A stretch of DNA of 64,000 nt from a bacterium (GCA_963669175.1 OY769902.1:4768001-4832000); one strand, 5' to 3'. Counted from the first letter of the stretch, positions 30,194 to 40,838 are shown. Notes: generated from the letters alone by a model not told the origin. Numbers and translations are program-made.

Positions 30194-30502
30194 GGAACGG
30201 AGTGATATGCGAGCGAAGCTGACATGTGAGGCGGAACAGGTACAAGAGTCCGACATATGAACGCCCCCCGTACGGGGGAGGGCCGACGGGGGGCTTGGGG
30301 GTTCCACGGCTCTGGTGCGGAGTGCCGTGGAGGTATTTATACGTTCAAGTGCAACTAACCTTCACATCAAAACCATGCCTGTTGTTTGTCGCGTCACACC
30401 GTCAGGTCACACTTCCGCTTCGCGTCCGCAAGACCTGACGGAACCTGTTTCGCGCTGCCATTCATTCACAGAACTCCGGGAACCTTACACCCAAAAACTC
30501 TG

Positions 30503-30565
30503 AGAACCTGACGCCCATAGAACTCTTAGAACCTGACACCCATAGAACTCTTAGAACCTGAAACC
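30503..30565. repeat. 25-bp tandem repeat (x2.4) directly after the OmpA-gene stop
   Basis: agaacctgac(g/a)cccatagaactctt. Confidence 0.8.
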
Positions 30566-30566
30566 A

Positions 30567-32084
30567 TCAATTCGATGACACCGACCTCACCACATTCAGC
30601 ATGATGACTTCCAGACGACGGTTCTTGGATCTGCCGTCCTTTGTCTCGTTCGTTGCAATCGGCCTGTCTTCACCATGTCCGACATAGTTCACGTAGCCAG
30701 GTTTCAGTTTCTTCGAATTCGCCAGCAGGTATTCGAAAACCGACAGCGCACGTCGTTCCGAAAGTTGCTGGTTTGCACGAGTGTCACCCTGGGCATCGGT
30801 ATGGCCTTCAACGCGAACCTTGTTATCCGGGAATTCTTCCAGGGCGATGATCACTCGACGCAGCAGGTCATACGATTCCGGCGGGATATCCGAGGAACCG
30901 GAAGCGAATTGCAATCCAATCAGGCGCAGAATAATATCACTGCCATCGATCAGGATATCGGCTTCGTGTTCGTTCAGCAGTTCACGCAACCTGCGCAATC
31001 GTGCTTCCTGTTCACGCCGGATTTCCTCTTCCAGGCGCTTCTTTTCCATCTCGGTTTCGTACTCACTGGCCAGTGCGCCGTATTCATTACGCCAGCGAGC
31101 AAGTTCTTCGTTTGCCTGGGCAAGCGCCAAGGCGAGGCTATCGTTTTCTGTCTGCAGCGAATCAATCCGTGCCTGCAGAGCGAGGTTATCTCCGAACAGC
31201 CCACGAATAGTGGCAATAATACCCTCGGTTGGCGGTTCAAGCCCCTTTTCGAAAGCCGGCTTATAGCTGATAACCTGCCCGATGGCACTCATGGCGGAAT
31301 CAGCCTGCAACCAGGTAAGCTCAAACGCATCTTTTTTCTTGCGGTATTCACGTGCCCACTGACTGATCCGGTTGGCGTAGGTGGCGTGATACAATGCCTT
31401 TGCCGCTATTTTGTTTCCCAGCACACGGTTGTAACGATCCTCTTCCAGCAGCTCGAAAGTCTTGTCGACGAACTGGTAGGCCAGTTGCAGATTACGTGGC
31501 GAATACTTCTCCGCCCCAAGCTTCTCTGCCTGGTCAATCATGATGCGAGCGTCTTGAGTAATGACCATCTGGATGGCGTAAAGTTCAGCTTCACGGAACA
31601 ATACTTCCGCTTCATCAGCGTACTGCATCGCATTCGGATGGTTGTCTTTGGTTAATGCGTCAATGGCATCACGGAACAACCCTTCAGCCAGCACCCAGGC
31701 CTTCGGCGAATGCCCCAACGCAGCCTGTACAGGTTCACAATCGGCTCGCGCTTCTATGACATCCTTGAAAACTTCCTGGAATCGTTCCGTAGTCCACTGC
31801 GCATCCTGCATGGCTTTTTCGGCAGCTCCAATCGCTTCCTTTGCTTCGAACAGGTTGCCTTTATCGAGAAGCTTTTGTGCGTTCCGTATATGTCCTTCCG
31901 CCTCAGAAAACGCTTCCTCCGCCAGCAGGTCGGCGCTTTCCAGTTTCAGCTCGTTCAGGCGGGTTTTTGCCTGCGAAATCTGCTCTTCAAGTTCTGCCGC
32001 TGTTTGCGCCCCCGATGTAGAGCAAAGTGACAGTATCAGCAACGCAAACAGTATCGCAGCTATGTGAATTCGTCTAGTTTGCAT
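30567..32084 (-). CDS. OmpA-family peptidoglycan-binding protein with long helical/coiled-coil N-terminus
   Basis: C-terminal LQFASGSS...VEGHTDAQG...NQQLSERRA...NRRLEV; signal peptide from ATG 32084. Confidence 0.88.
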   Translation of the reverse strand: MQTRRIHIAAILFALLILSLCSTSGAQTAAELEEQISQAKTRLNELKLESADLLAEEAFSEAEGHIRNAQKLLDKGNLFEAKEAIGAAEKAMQDAQWTTERFQEVFKDVIEARADCEPVQAALGHSPKAWVLAEGLFRDAIDALTKDNHPNAMQYADEAEVLFREAELYAIQMVITQDARIMIDQAEKLGAEKYSPRNLQLAYQFVDKTFELLEEDRYNRVLGNKIAAKALYHATYANRISQWAREYRKKKDAFELTWLQADSAMSAIGQVISYKPAFEKGLEPPTEGIIATIRGLFGDNLALQARIDSLQTENDSLALALAQANEELARWRNEYGALASEYETEMEKKRLEEEIRREQEARLRRLRELLNEHEADILIDGSDIILRLIGLQFASGSSDIPPESYDLLRRVIIALEEFPDNKVRVEGHTDAQGDTRANQQLSERRALSVFEYLLANSKKLKPGYVNYVGHGEDRPIATNETKDGRSKNRRLEVIMLNVVRSVSSN

Positions 32085-33723
32085 GTTGCTCGCTCCCGGT
32101 TTGTTGCGATTGTTTATCGGATTTGTCTGATGTTTTCTCTTTGCCTGTACCGGATGAAGGGAACTCGACCGGCAGATGACGCACATCATCTTCCGCATCT
32201 TTCAGGAAGAGTTTTTGACGAAGTTTTTGCTTATCCTGTGTTGCGATGTCCTTGATCTCACCCGGCGCGGAATGGTGACTGGTGCGAGGTTCGACAAAGA
32301 GAATATCCTCGCGCAGCTCATAGGCGCGATTCTGCCAGTATGCCTTGGTGCGGTAGGGATCACGTTCCGATTGTCCGAAGAACCAGGCCATGTTCAGACC
32401 GAAACTGAACCCTTTGCTGTTGCTGATCAGACCACGTTCCCAGGAAACCCCGATATCCGTTTTCCATCTCTTTCGATGGGTTCCGTAACCGATGCCAAAT
32501 GTGCTTCCACGTCTGCCTCCTACGCCAAATCCGGCACGAAGCAGCTTGGTTCGACTGAACAACCACTCCATGCCACCGCTGAGACGAGTGGTGGATTCGT
32601 TCCCGGGCGCATCATCCAACGCCTGCCTGAGCGCACCGACAACCTGCACATTCTGCACCAGCCACCAACCAGCGCTCAAACGCAAGTCTGTGGGGAGATC
32701 ACCGGTCACACTGACATCTTCCTGCAGGGAATCGACTGAATCGAAGTTGCGTTCCCAATACGCTTCGAAATCGTCCATGCCTTCGAGTGGAATGCCATTC
32801 AGGGTTTGCAGGGCATAAATCCTGCGATCCGCTTTGGACCAGTTGATCTGCCCGAGCAGGTTGGTAAATGCGAGGCTGACTGTACCACGTCGATTTAACA
32901 CCTTGGCTGCGACGCCGAAATCGAGTCCATACCCATGTCCGCCGGTCTGCGCGGAAACGACTTCGACATACCCTTCAGCATCAATACTGTCCACGTCCAT
33001 ATAATACCAGCCGGTCATCTCCTCGCTTTTGCCGTATGCGCCGCCGTAGTAGTAACTCATCGTAAATCCGGCCGCCAGTTCATTCAACCAGTTGTATTCG
33101 CGAACATAGTTCCACTCGTTAAAATCCCGGGCAAAGGCAAAGGCCGCACGTCCGGCTGCCATGGTCTCGCCATAGGTCTGATCGAAGTTGCGGCGTTGGC
33201 CGAAATCATCACGAGTCTGTCCTACGAGGCCCAGGTAGTAGATATCCTTGTCCACATGCAACTCACCCCAGGACAACGCATCGAGGCTGACCGCCATCTG
33301 CCAGGGTCCATAAAGCGGACCACTGAAACCAAGCATGGGGACATAGGCATCCAGTCGGGTGGCCAGGTATTCGCCCTGGATTTCATCGACAAGCGTCTGC
33401 TTTTCAGACTCGGTCAGCAACTTGTCTTCTCTGAAGGTTTCTCCCATACGGGATAACGACCACGAGTTGTTTCCCATGTGCAGGCCAAAGTTGACCACCG
33501 GGAAACGCATGGAGGAGACCGGATTATCTTCAAGGCCAAGCAGCGCGGGATTATAGCCGATTACCTCGACACCACGCGGTAGCACCGTCATGTCGCCACC
33601 AAGCGCAATACCCGTTGCATGGGTAGGCGGCATGGCGAAGCCTGATCCTGCGGTCAACAGCAGGAACATCACGCCGGCGACCATTGCGCCGACTAACCAG
33701 TAACGCCATAATTGCCGTGCCAT
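32074..33723 (-). CDS. Putative outer-membrane beta-barrel protein (DUF5723-like)
   Basis: Signal peptide, GIALGG...YNPALLG start, GYGLDFG, LGQINW, amphipathic beta pattern; family call from motif recognition only. Confidence 0.65.
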   Translation of the reverse strand: MARQLWRYWLVGAMVAGVMFLLLTAGSGFAMPPTHATGIALGGDMTVLPRGVEVIGYNPALLGLEDNPVSSMRFPVVNFGLHMGNNSWSLSRMGETFREDKLLTESEKQTLVDEIQGEYLATRLDAYVPMLGFSGPLYGPWQMAVSLDALSWGELHVDKDIYYLGLVGQTRDDFGQRRNFDQTYGETMAAGRAAFAFARDFNEWNYVREYNWLNELAAGFTMSYYYGGAYGKSEEMTGWYYMDVDSIDAEGYVEVVSAQTGGHGYGLDFGVAAKVLNRRGTVSLAFTNLLGQINWSKADRRIYALQTLNGIPLEGMDDFEAYWERNFDSVDSLQEDVSVTGDLPTDLRLSAGWWLVQNVQVVGALRQALDDAPGNESTTRLSGGMEWLFSRTKLLRAGFGVGGRRGSTFGIGYGTHRKRWKTDIGVSWERGLISNSKGFSFGLNMAWFFGQSERDPYRTKAYWQNRAYELREDILFVEPRTSHHSAPGEIKDIATQDKQKLRQKLFLKDAEDDVRHLPVEFPSSGTGKEKTSDKSDKQSQQTGSEQHAN

Positions 33724-33725
33724 GA

Positions 33726-35936
33726 TCACTCCTCCTCGTTTACCCGGTATACCCCTTCAATCACCAGGGCAACGTCAATACCATCCTGCACATAAGCACG
33801 AATGGCGCACGGGGTCGGGTCAATCCGGACAATCTGACGCAAGTACAGGTTATCTTGCTGAAGCAGGTTTATCCCCTGGTCGCTGATAGCTACACCGACT
33901 GTATCAAGAAGCGTGGCAGAAGCTCGTCCTGTTGAAGGATCTACTTCTGGCGCACGAATCGTCATCGGTTCAATCAGGCTGTAGCGGTTGAGGTTATCCA
34001 GCACCAGTTCGCTCTGCGCCATGGCTTCATCGGAAAAACTTCCGGCCAACAGGTAAAGCGTACCACCGAGCGGGACAGTATTGGTGATGTAGGCATACAG
34101 TCCGGCTTCCTGCAGGCCCGGTTCCAGCCCTTCGCTAAGGTCGGCTACAGGGGCGTGCATGGTTGTTGCTTCGTCTACAGTCAGGGATAACGGCGCTTCA
34201 AGGATTGCTTTCCCGATCACCTGGTCGTTCTTATGCAACATGTACGGTTCATAAGGATCCCAGGGGCTATCCATCATGGGCTCACGTCCCATCAGGGCTG
34301 TTCCTTCAATCACCAGTTGATCAGGGAAATGGTTCAACAGGCTGACCACCTTGGCAGAATCTGCATCACCGGCCCCGCCTATGATCGCGTATTGCTGTTC
34401 CGGGTCCAGCCAGCGTTCGAAGTGCTCGGTTATATTCTGGTCGATATCTCCCAACGACGAATTGACTGCCGTGATGTCCAGCACCAGCTTCGCTGGCGCC
34501 TGGAACTGGCTTCCACGTAAATCGATGACGATCTGAGCGGCATCCAGCGCCACATTTCCGGTCAGGTTACGCTGAAGGTCAGGATCTTCGGTGTCTTCCC
34601 AGACATCGATTTCCACCTCTGTGCGATCCAGTTCAACTTCTTCCTCTTTCGCGCTCCCCCATAACCATTCAAAATCAAAGCTCTCAACGGTCATGGTGGT
34701 CACAACAGTGTCTGAGGATGAGACTTCCCGGATAAGCGGATTTCCCTGCGCATCAAAGCCACCGGACAACACAACGATGGTGACCAGAACATCCATGCTT
34801 TGCGGATCTGGAGTGGGTGTGTTGTATCCTTCAGGTAAATCCATCTGGAGATATTTATCATAGACGGTTACAAACGTATCCAGGCAGACACATTCCTGCC
34901 CCAGTTCCGGCGCTGGCAGGTAGAAACCAAGTGTTAAGGTATCCGCATGAGCATCAGCATCGGTAATCGAAGGCAGTTTCACGTATACAGAATCTTCAGT
35001 TTCCGTGTAGTTCTCGATCTGGAAACGCATGGTGACAGCATTCGCCAGCGCTTCGGTTATCCAGTTCTCTTCTTCATCAAAATCAACGAGTGTCGTGTCC
35101 CGTTCCGGGTCCTGTTTGATGATCACGCCCTTATAGAAGGAAGCGTCCAACGGGCTGACACGCGCGACGAACTCCACCCCGTCTTCCGCTTCTACATACA
35201 CACCGGCCTGTTGAGGACCACTTCCTTCCGCGAACAAAACGATGTTCTGCTTCAATGAGGAACCGGAAAGATCTATTGACTGTTGCTGCGACTCGCCCGG
35301 ATGCAGGTTTGTGTAGACCAATGTGCCCAACGAAGGATTGCCGGGATCTGCTGTTGTTACATCTACAGTTATCTCGTTCCAGGTCAGGTTGGTACTGTTG
35401 GTGACTTCGAGATACAGGAAGCCCCCTCCGGGCACGACATCGGCCTGGTGGAAGTTGTTTAAGGGATCAATGTTGATCTGTGTGTTTGCGACAATGAACA
35501 ACGGGGTAAAATCGTAAAAACCTGCACCGTTGAAACCAGGCACAAAGGCATCCAGCGACATCTGACCATGCGCTTCCTGGGTAGAATCAATGGCAATGAT
35601 GCCTAATTCGGAGGTTTCTTTCGTGGTATCTTCCGGTTCATACCGGGTTAAGGAATCTGCCAGCACGACGGAATCGATCGGTTCTTCGTAATAAAAACGA
35701 AGCAAACCGCTTTCGTACACATCAATACCGCCGCCGTTCTCTGCAATCTCGTCAGGGCGAGATACCAGACTGTCCAATCCGTACCATTGCGAATTTAACG
35801 GGACAGCAAAGTTTACATCCCACTTGGGCATACCTGGATTATCCAGTGAGCAGGACGTTACCGCCAGCATCGCAGTTGCAAGCGTTACGATGAGGAAATG
35901 ACGCAATTGGATGCGAAGGGTTTCTCGACTCTTCAT
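33726..35936 (-). CDS. Large acidic beta-rich lipoprotein of unknown function
   Basis: ATG 35936 with RBS ggagg; lipobox VTSC followed by P.WDV...PL; first gene of a 3-gene operon. Confidence 0.75.
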   Translation of the reverse strand: MKSRETLRIQLRHFLIVTLATAMLAVTSCSLDNPGMPKWDVNFAVPLNSQWYGLDSLVSRPDEIAENGGGIDVYESGLLRFYYEEPIDSVVLADSLTRYEPEDTTKETSELGIIAIDSTQEAHGQMSLDAFVPGFNGAGFYDFTPLFIVANTQINIDPLNNFHQADVVPGGGFLYLEVTNSTNLTWNEITVDVTTADPGNPSLGTLVYTNLHPGESQQQSIDLSGSSLKQNIVLFAEGSGPQQAGVYVEAEDGVEFVARVSPLDASFYKGVIIKQDPERDTTLVDFDEEENWITEALANAVTMRFQIENYTETEDSVYVKLPSITDADAHADTLTLGFYLPAPELGQECVCLDTFVTVYDKYLQMDLPEGYNTPTPDPQSMDVLVTIVVLSGGFDAQGNPLIREVSSSDTVVTTMTVESFDFEWLWGSAKEEEVELDRTEVEIDVWEDTEDPDLQRNLTGNVALDAAQIVIDLRGSQFQAPAKLVLDITAVNSSLGDIDQNITEHFERWLDPEQQYAIIGGAGDADSAKVVSLLNHFPDQLVIEGTALMGREPMMDSPWDPYEPYMLHKNDQVIGKAILEAPLSLTVDEATTMHAPVADLSEGLEPGLQEAGLYAYITNTVPLGGTLYLLAGSFSDEAMAQSELVLDNLNRYSLIEPMTIRAPEVDPSTGRASATLLDTVGVAISDQGINLLQQDNLYLRQIVRIDPTPCAIRAYVQDGIDVALVIEGVYRVNEEE

Positions 35937-36534
35937 GACGCCTCCTTCACTGTGTCTTCTCCCTCTAAACACAGCTTGTTATGCAGTAAAATGCTCCTGA
36001 AGTGTTTCAAGTCTTCTGAAACAGCTCTGCGTAAATCTCTTCTTGTAACCAGTGTGAGCTTCATCACATTTTCCTGTTTGTTTTAACAAAACAAGCTTTC
36101 CCTTCCCGCGAATAAAGTGCCACCGTCTTCTAATTCCTTCTTTGACTTTTGTCACAATGCGATCATTTCGGAGAGCTAAGGTCCAAATAATGAAACGTTT
36201 CTATATACTTTTTTCTGTCTTTTCGGAATTTCGAGGTTTCAGGAAGGGTTTTCTTAGGGTGTTGTTTTTCAACTTTTTGTTTCGGCTTTTTGGAAAAAAA
36301 TGAGGTTTCAGGATTTGCCCCCCGGAATCGGGTGACAGGGCTCACAAAACCAGGTTTTTCAGGAAAACCGGGATGCAAATGCAACAACTCATGGCAAGTC
36401 AGTGAGAGGCATGCGGCGAGAATCAGGCTCTATTGAAGAGGATCATGACGTTTTGATGGATGGCGTGGGGAGAAGTGAAAAAGTAGTCAGTGTAGGAAGT
36501 GAAAAAAGTTGTCAGTGAAAAAAGTGAAAAATGT

Positions 36535-36828
36535 GCATGGCCCGACCTTGCCGGGAGTGAATAGGGAGTACTCGCCCAATGCGGACTACATCAGCCAAGC
36601 TTCATCCTGTGATGCAGATGATGAGCAAGTCGGGATTGGGAGAGGTTCAGGATCATGCCAGGCCAGCCACAGCGAAAAGGTGCATGGCCCGACCTTGCCG
36701 GGAGTGAATAGGGAGTACTCGCCCAATGCGGACTACATCAGCCAAGCTTCATCCTGCGGTGCGAATGATGAGCAAGTCGGGTTTTGTGAGAGGGTCAGGA
36801 TCATGCCAAGTCATCCACAGCGAAAAAG
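36535..36828 (+). repeat. Tandem duplication (147-bp period) of the ~97-bp inverted-arm element
   Basis: gcatggcccgaccttgccgggagtgaataggg...gatgagcaagtcggg at 36535 and 36682. Confidence 0.9.
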
Positions 36829-36943
36829 CTGTCTCGGAACAGTGTTGACTGGGACAGGAATCTACTCCGGTGGCCGTTTTACCACTGATTGTATCAGGAT
36901 GAACTACAGAGTTGTTTAAAATCCGTTCTACAACAGAGCTCCA

Positions 36944-38527
36944 TCAGGAACGTATCGATTGATGAGTCGGCTTCAGCAGATCATTGACCGTTTTCACCGG
37001 ATTGAATGTTTCAATAGGTGTTTCCACAAATACCGTAATCCAGTCGGCCATGGCGCCATTCCACAGACCGGGTAGTTCCAGCGCCAGTAGTTCACGTCCC
37101 TGGCAGGATTTTTTCGAGATGAATCCGGAAGCCGGATCACGATACTGCATGAGGTCGAACGGTTTCCCTTTCCAGTCCTTGATCGAACAGACCAGATCAA
37201 CAGGATTAAAATGAGTGGCGGATTCGAGAATGGACGCCTGCTCCGGATCATCCTTGTCAATCTGTGAGGTCTCAACGATCTGGAGTGACACCGCGCCGTT
37301 CTTGCCTTTCACCCAGAATGGACCGCCGCCGGGGTCACCTTCATTCTTGACCATGCCACAAACGCGCATCGGGCGATTCAGTTTGTCGGCAAGATAGGTC
37401 CGTTTTTTCGATACAGCATGCGTGGCCCAATCCGACGGACGGTGAATATTCAGTTGATCCTCTGCGATGGTCATGATCTCGTCAAGCCGTGGCCCATCAG
37501 GCTTATCCTGTTTGATTTCACGGATAAAGCCGAAGACCAGCTCCTGCAACTCAACAAGAAGTCCACCGAGTAACCTCTTATATAGAATGGTTGTTTCTGC
37601 TTTTTCAAACGGGACAACATTATCAATATTCTTGACATAGATGATTTCGCCGGGCAATGCGCCCAGGTTCCCCAGCAAAGCCCCGTGTCCCCCAGGCCGG
37701 AATACAAGATGACCATCCTTATCACGGAAAGGAGTTCCATCCGGATTGGCCGCTATGGTTTCAGTCGCAACATCCTGAATAGAGTATTTATGGAAGAGAC
37801 GTAATCCCTGCTTGGACAGCTCACGTTCGAAGCGGCTGATATGAGAACGCACACGTTCTTCATGTTCCGGGGCCACGGTAAAATGCAGGCGTGACATACG
37901 CTTGCTATCCTGAACGTATGCTGTTGCTTCCAGGATATGTTCACCAAATGGCGTACGAATACGTGTGTCAATCTTATGAAAGGGAATGAGTCCCTTGGGG
38001 CGGTTCTGGTAGTCGAGACCCTTACTCGTCAGCAGGTATTTCAGCGCGAGGGAATAGTCGCCCTCATCGAGTAACTCTTCCAGGTCGTGGCCGTCATCCT
38101 CCATCGCTTCGACCAGGTAGGGGTAAAACGCAAACCGCTTCAGGTTATTGAAAAAGCGCAAGCCAAAGATAGCGGCATCATCACCTTCCTCAACATAATC
38201 CGTGAGCTTTTCAGAGGTAATCGTCCCTTTCCTGGTATGCAACGCCAGCAGGTTCTTGAACATCCTGGTCGCTGCCCCGGATGCCGGGACGAATTTCATC
38301 ATGCGTCCACTTGCTGAAGCCTCGCCATGTTTTGCCAGCAGTGAATCCCAACGGTCTTCAGATAGACTGATAATGCCATCACCAAGGGTGCAGGCCCGGT
38401 CCAGGCATACTGGGGCGATTCCTTCACTGATCGTCTGAAGTTGTTGTAATACCGTATTTTCATCTATGCCTTGCTCTTTGATTTGACGACGGTCTTGTGA
38501 CGTGAAATTCCCCTGCCCCATAACCAA
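36944..38527 (-). CDS. DUF4301 family protein (nucleotidyltransferase-like fold)
   Basis: KFVPASGAATRMFK, FRPGGHGALL, GDPGGGPFW, ALELPGLWNGAM, FNPVKTVNDLL. Confidence 0.9.
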   Translation of the reverse strand: MVMGQGNFTSQDRRQIKEQGIDENTVLQQLQTISEGIAPVCLDRACTLGDGIISLSEDRWDSLLAKHGEASASGRMMKFVPASGAATRMFKNLLALHTRKGTITSEKLTDYVEEGDDAAIFGLRFFNNLKRFAFYPYLVEAMEDDGHDLEELLDEGDYSLALKYLLTSKGLDYQNRPKGLIPFHKIDTRIRTPFGEHILEATAYVQDSKRMSRLHFTVAPEHEERVRSHISRFERELSKQGLRLFHKYSIQDVATETIAANPDGTPFRDKDGHLVFRPGGHGALLGNLGALPGEIIYVKNIDNVVPFEKAETTILYKRLLGGLLVELQELVFGFIREIKQDKPDGPRLDEIMTIAEDQLNIHRPSDWATHAVSKKRTYLADKLNRPMRVCGMVKNEGDPGGGPFWVKGKNGAVSLQIVETSQIDKDDPEQASILESATHFNPVDLVCSIKDWKGKPFDLMQYRDPASGFISKKSCQGRELLALELPGLWNGAMADWITVFVETPIETFNPVKTVNDLLKPTHQSIRS

Positions 38528-39033
38528 CTCCTGCCTTAAAAAGCACCACCCTGAAGACGCTTCACCCCTTAACAGCGAGCCCGCAATTTGCTACGTTGGA
38601 ATCTCTACAATAATAACAAAAGACAAGAGGTATGTCCATGCTGAGAATAATGCTGTGCCCCTGATGCCCCAATTCTCAGGAACTGATCTGAGGTATAACC
38701 TTCTCGGTTTTTTTCCGACATAATAGAGATTGTCGGGAAAAGGGGACGGGATCCTTTTCCTCGCGCTTATGCAGAATATTCGTGAAGTATTCCTGGAAAA
38801 GGAAACTGTCCCCTTTTCCACGCGCCAGAGCCTCAACGCATACTTGTACCGAGGTAGTATTTCGAGCTGTTGCCTGGAATTTGAAACGAGTCACAGTCCC
38901 GACTCACTCGAAGCTGCGCCATGAAATGAAACAGCACAACAGTATCCATCTTGATACTATAGCGTCAGATACATCACTTGTGAATCGGGCCACCCGCCCT
39001 GCCTGCTCTCAAGAAAGCGGGAAGGCTTTACCC

Positions 39034-39430
39034 CTGTCTCTTGCTCACATCTTCGTGTTTCTGCCACCCCAGAGGGGGTGGTATATTTTAGCGTAGGGTT
39101 GACGCTGTCTGTTTAGCGTCTACCCTACGAAAAAGATTAAACCTTATCTCAACCCTGGAAGGGTTGCATAAAGTATAATTTACACCCAATTGGTTTGTAT
39201 AGAATATAAAATGCGTTAATTCCTTGTATTTATTGAACGTACTAATATAAATCGCGTATTATGCAACCCTTCCAGGGTTGATTATTCGTTAGAATACCTG
39301 ACATAGTGTACAGGCCAAACAGACGGCCTGTACACTATGCTAAAATAGGGAATCCCGCCGGGATTCTAAAAATGCTATGTCCACAACTCTTTTACTGATA
39401 CAGCTTTCAGAAGATGTGGGTAAGAGACAG
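39034..39430 (+). mobile_element. MITE family B copy 2 (397 bp) with IS50/Tn5-like ends
   Basis: Same TIRs as 13297-13692; perfect 10-bp TSD ggctttaccc at 39024-39033 and 39431-39440. Confidence 0.93.
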
Positions 39431-39822
39431 GGCTTTACCCCGGGGAAAGGAGGCAGTCCCCTTTTTCCATATCCTTTCTTTCAACCATAAAAGGATCTTT
39501 CACTGATATAGCAAATGACCCTATGACGGACTAATAATGGGAATCGCTATATTTTCTACGAACTGTTTCGAATTCCCCTGTCTGTCCTTTTGATGGACCT
39601 TTTCAGCAAGAGAAATAAATCTGGGAGTTGTATCCTGGTTCAATACATGGCTTTTAAACTTGCCCATATTGGCAAGCAAACAGAGGCAAAGTGTCGGTGG
39701 ATCAGTCGGTATATCAAAGGACAGGTTGCTTGTTGTTCCATTCTTTGGTTATACCGGCATCAGAATAGTTACCTTGACAACAATTTATGCTTTGGCAGCG
39801 ATCTACCCCGAAGAGGTGATCC

Positions 39823-40089
39823 ATGATCAAAGACAACCGGCCTACCGCCCCCTTAACCCGTCTCTATTCTCCGTTTTACCCGCAGCACAACTCTGTTCAC
39901 TCCTGTAGTTTTACACCTACTTTCCATGGATGTACACAGGCTCTTCCAGGCAAACAGACCTGCAATTCTAATGAAGACCTTGCAGGCATGCTGTATATAG
40001 ATGTGGAGAGTTTCCCGGAATTTATCCACATGGTTTTGACGGGAGAACCTGTTCAGTTCATCAAGACAACAAGATTGAAGGGAGAATAG
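39823..40089 (+). CDS. Possible small hypothetical protein (88 aa)
   Basis: Strong RBS agaggtga before ATG; stop 1 nt before the DUF2582 start; no recognisable motif. Confidence 0.3.
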   Translation: MIKDNRPTAPLTRLYSPFYPQHNSVHSCSFTPTFHGCTQALPGKQTCNSNEDLAGMLYIDVESFPEFIHMVLTGEPVQFIKTTRLKGE

Positions 40090-40090
40090 C

Positions 40091-40288
40091 ATGCAGGAGA
40101 AGATTGGAACTGCTGCCGGCGAAGTCTGGACCTTTTTGAAGACAAATGGTGAGACCAGCGCCGCAAACCTGAAGAAAGAACTTGGTATGCCGCAAAGCAT
40201 GGTTGACCGTGCTATAGGGTGGCTTGCCCGTGAAGACAAGGTTGAAGAAACCATGAAAGGGCGTTGCGCGAATTATTCTGCCAAGTAA
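40091..40288 (+). CDS. DUF2582 winged-helix small protein
   Basis: IGTAAGEVW..L...AIGWLAREDKV signature; RBS gggag. Confidence 0.9.
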   Translation: MQEKIGTAAGEVWTFLKTNGETSAANLKKELGMPQSMVDRAIGWLAREDKVEETMKGRCANYSAK

Positions 40289-40302
40289 TTCCTTCCGCTT
40301 TC

Positions 40303-40336
40303 AAATCCCTGCAAATTGGCTTGCAGGGATTTTTTT
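40303..40336 (+). terminator. Rho-independent terminator
   Basis: aaatccctgcaa-attggc-ttgcagggattt followed by a T-run. Confidence 0.8.
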
Positions 40337-40340
40337 ATTT

Positions 40341-40663
40341 GGTTCCTCACAAGAATTTGTGCATCCGGGCAATGTTGTGGCAGGTCTTGACGCGACATTC
40401 TGTCTTCGGCTTTAGCAATGTTTTCCTGAATAACGATGATACAGAAACCGCCTCTCGCCCTGTTTTTGTCGCGTTTTGACCTGCCACAGATATCAGCATT
40501 CTCGCGTCACAACACGATGCCTGACGACGAACTATCATGTAAAATTGCAGGCGTTAAGTCGGACAGGTGTCTGAAATTGCGGTGAAAAACAAGAAAAAGG
40601 CATCGTGTCAAGACCTGACGAAACGTGCTCGTCGATAATATGCACAAATTCTTGTGAGCAGCC
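40341..40663 (+). mobile_element. MITE family A copy 2 (323 bp, degenerate TSD)
   Basis: TIR ggttcctcacaagaatttgtgcat / atgcacaaattcttgtgagcagcc; flanks ttttattt and ttttgtat. Confidence 0.88.
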
Positions 40664-40838
40664 TTTTGTATAAATGAGGGTCAGATACTGAATTCGATTC
40701 TCCAGCGTCTCTCGCACTTGTTATCTCTAACTTGATTCCTTATCGCAATAGTGTATCTTTCGCAGGCTGACACGGGCACTAACAAACTGTGCGCCGTGGT
40801 GTTTCTTCTCTACGAAAAAATACTGAACATATATTCAG

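Noticed and set aside
30226-30335. Group II intron domain V or riboswitch in a GC-rich hairpin block
   Set aside because: No AGC/CGC-triad domain V consensus or recognisable aptamer, and no reverse transcriptase nearby.
30675-31655. 326-aa plus-strand ORF
   Set aside because: Antisense to the OmpA-family gene, which has clear motifs.
36509-36919. 136-aa ORF with an internal duplication
   Set aside because: It is the translation of the 147-bp tandem repeat; TTG start, no convincing RBS.
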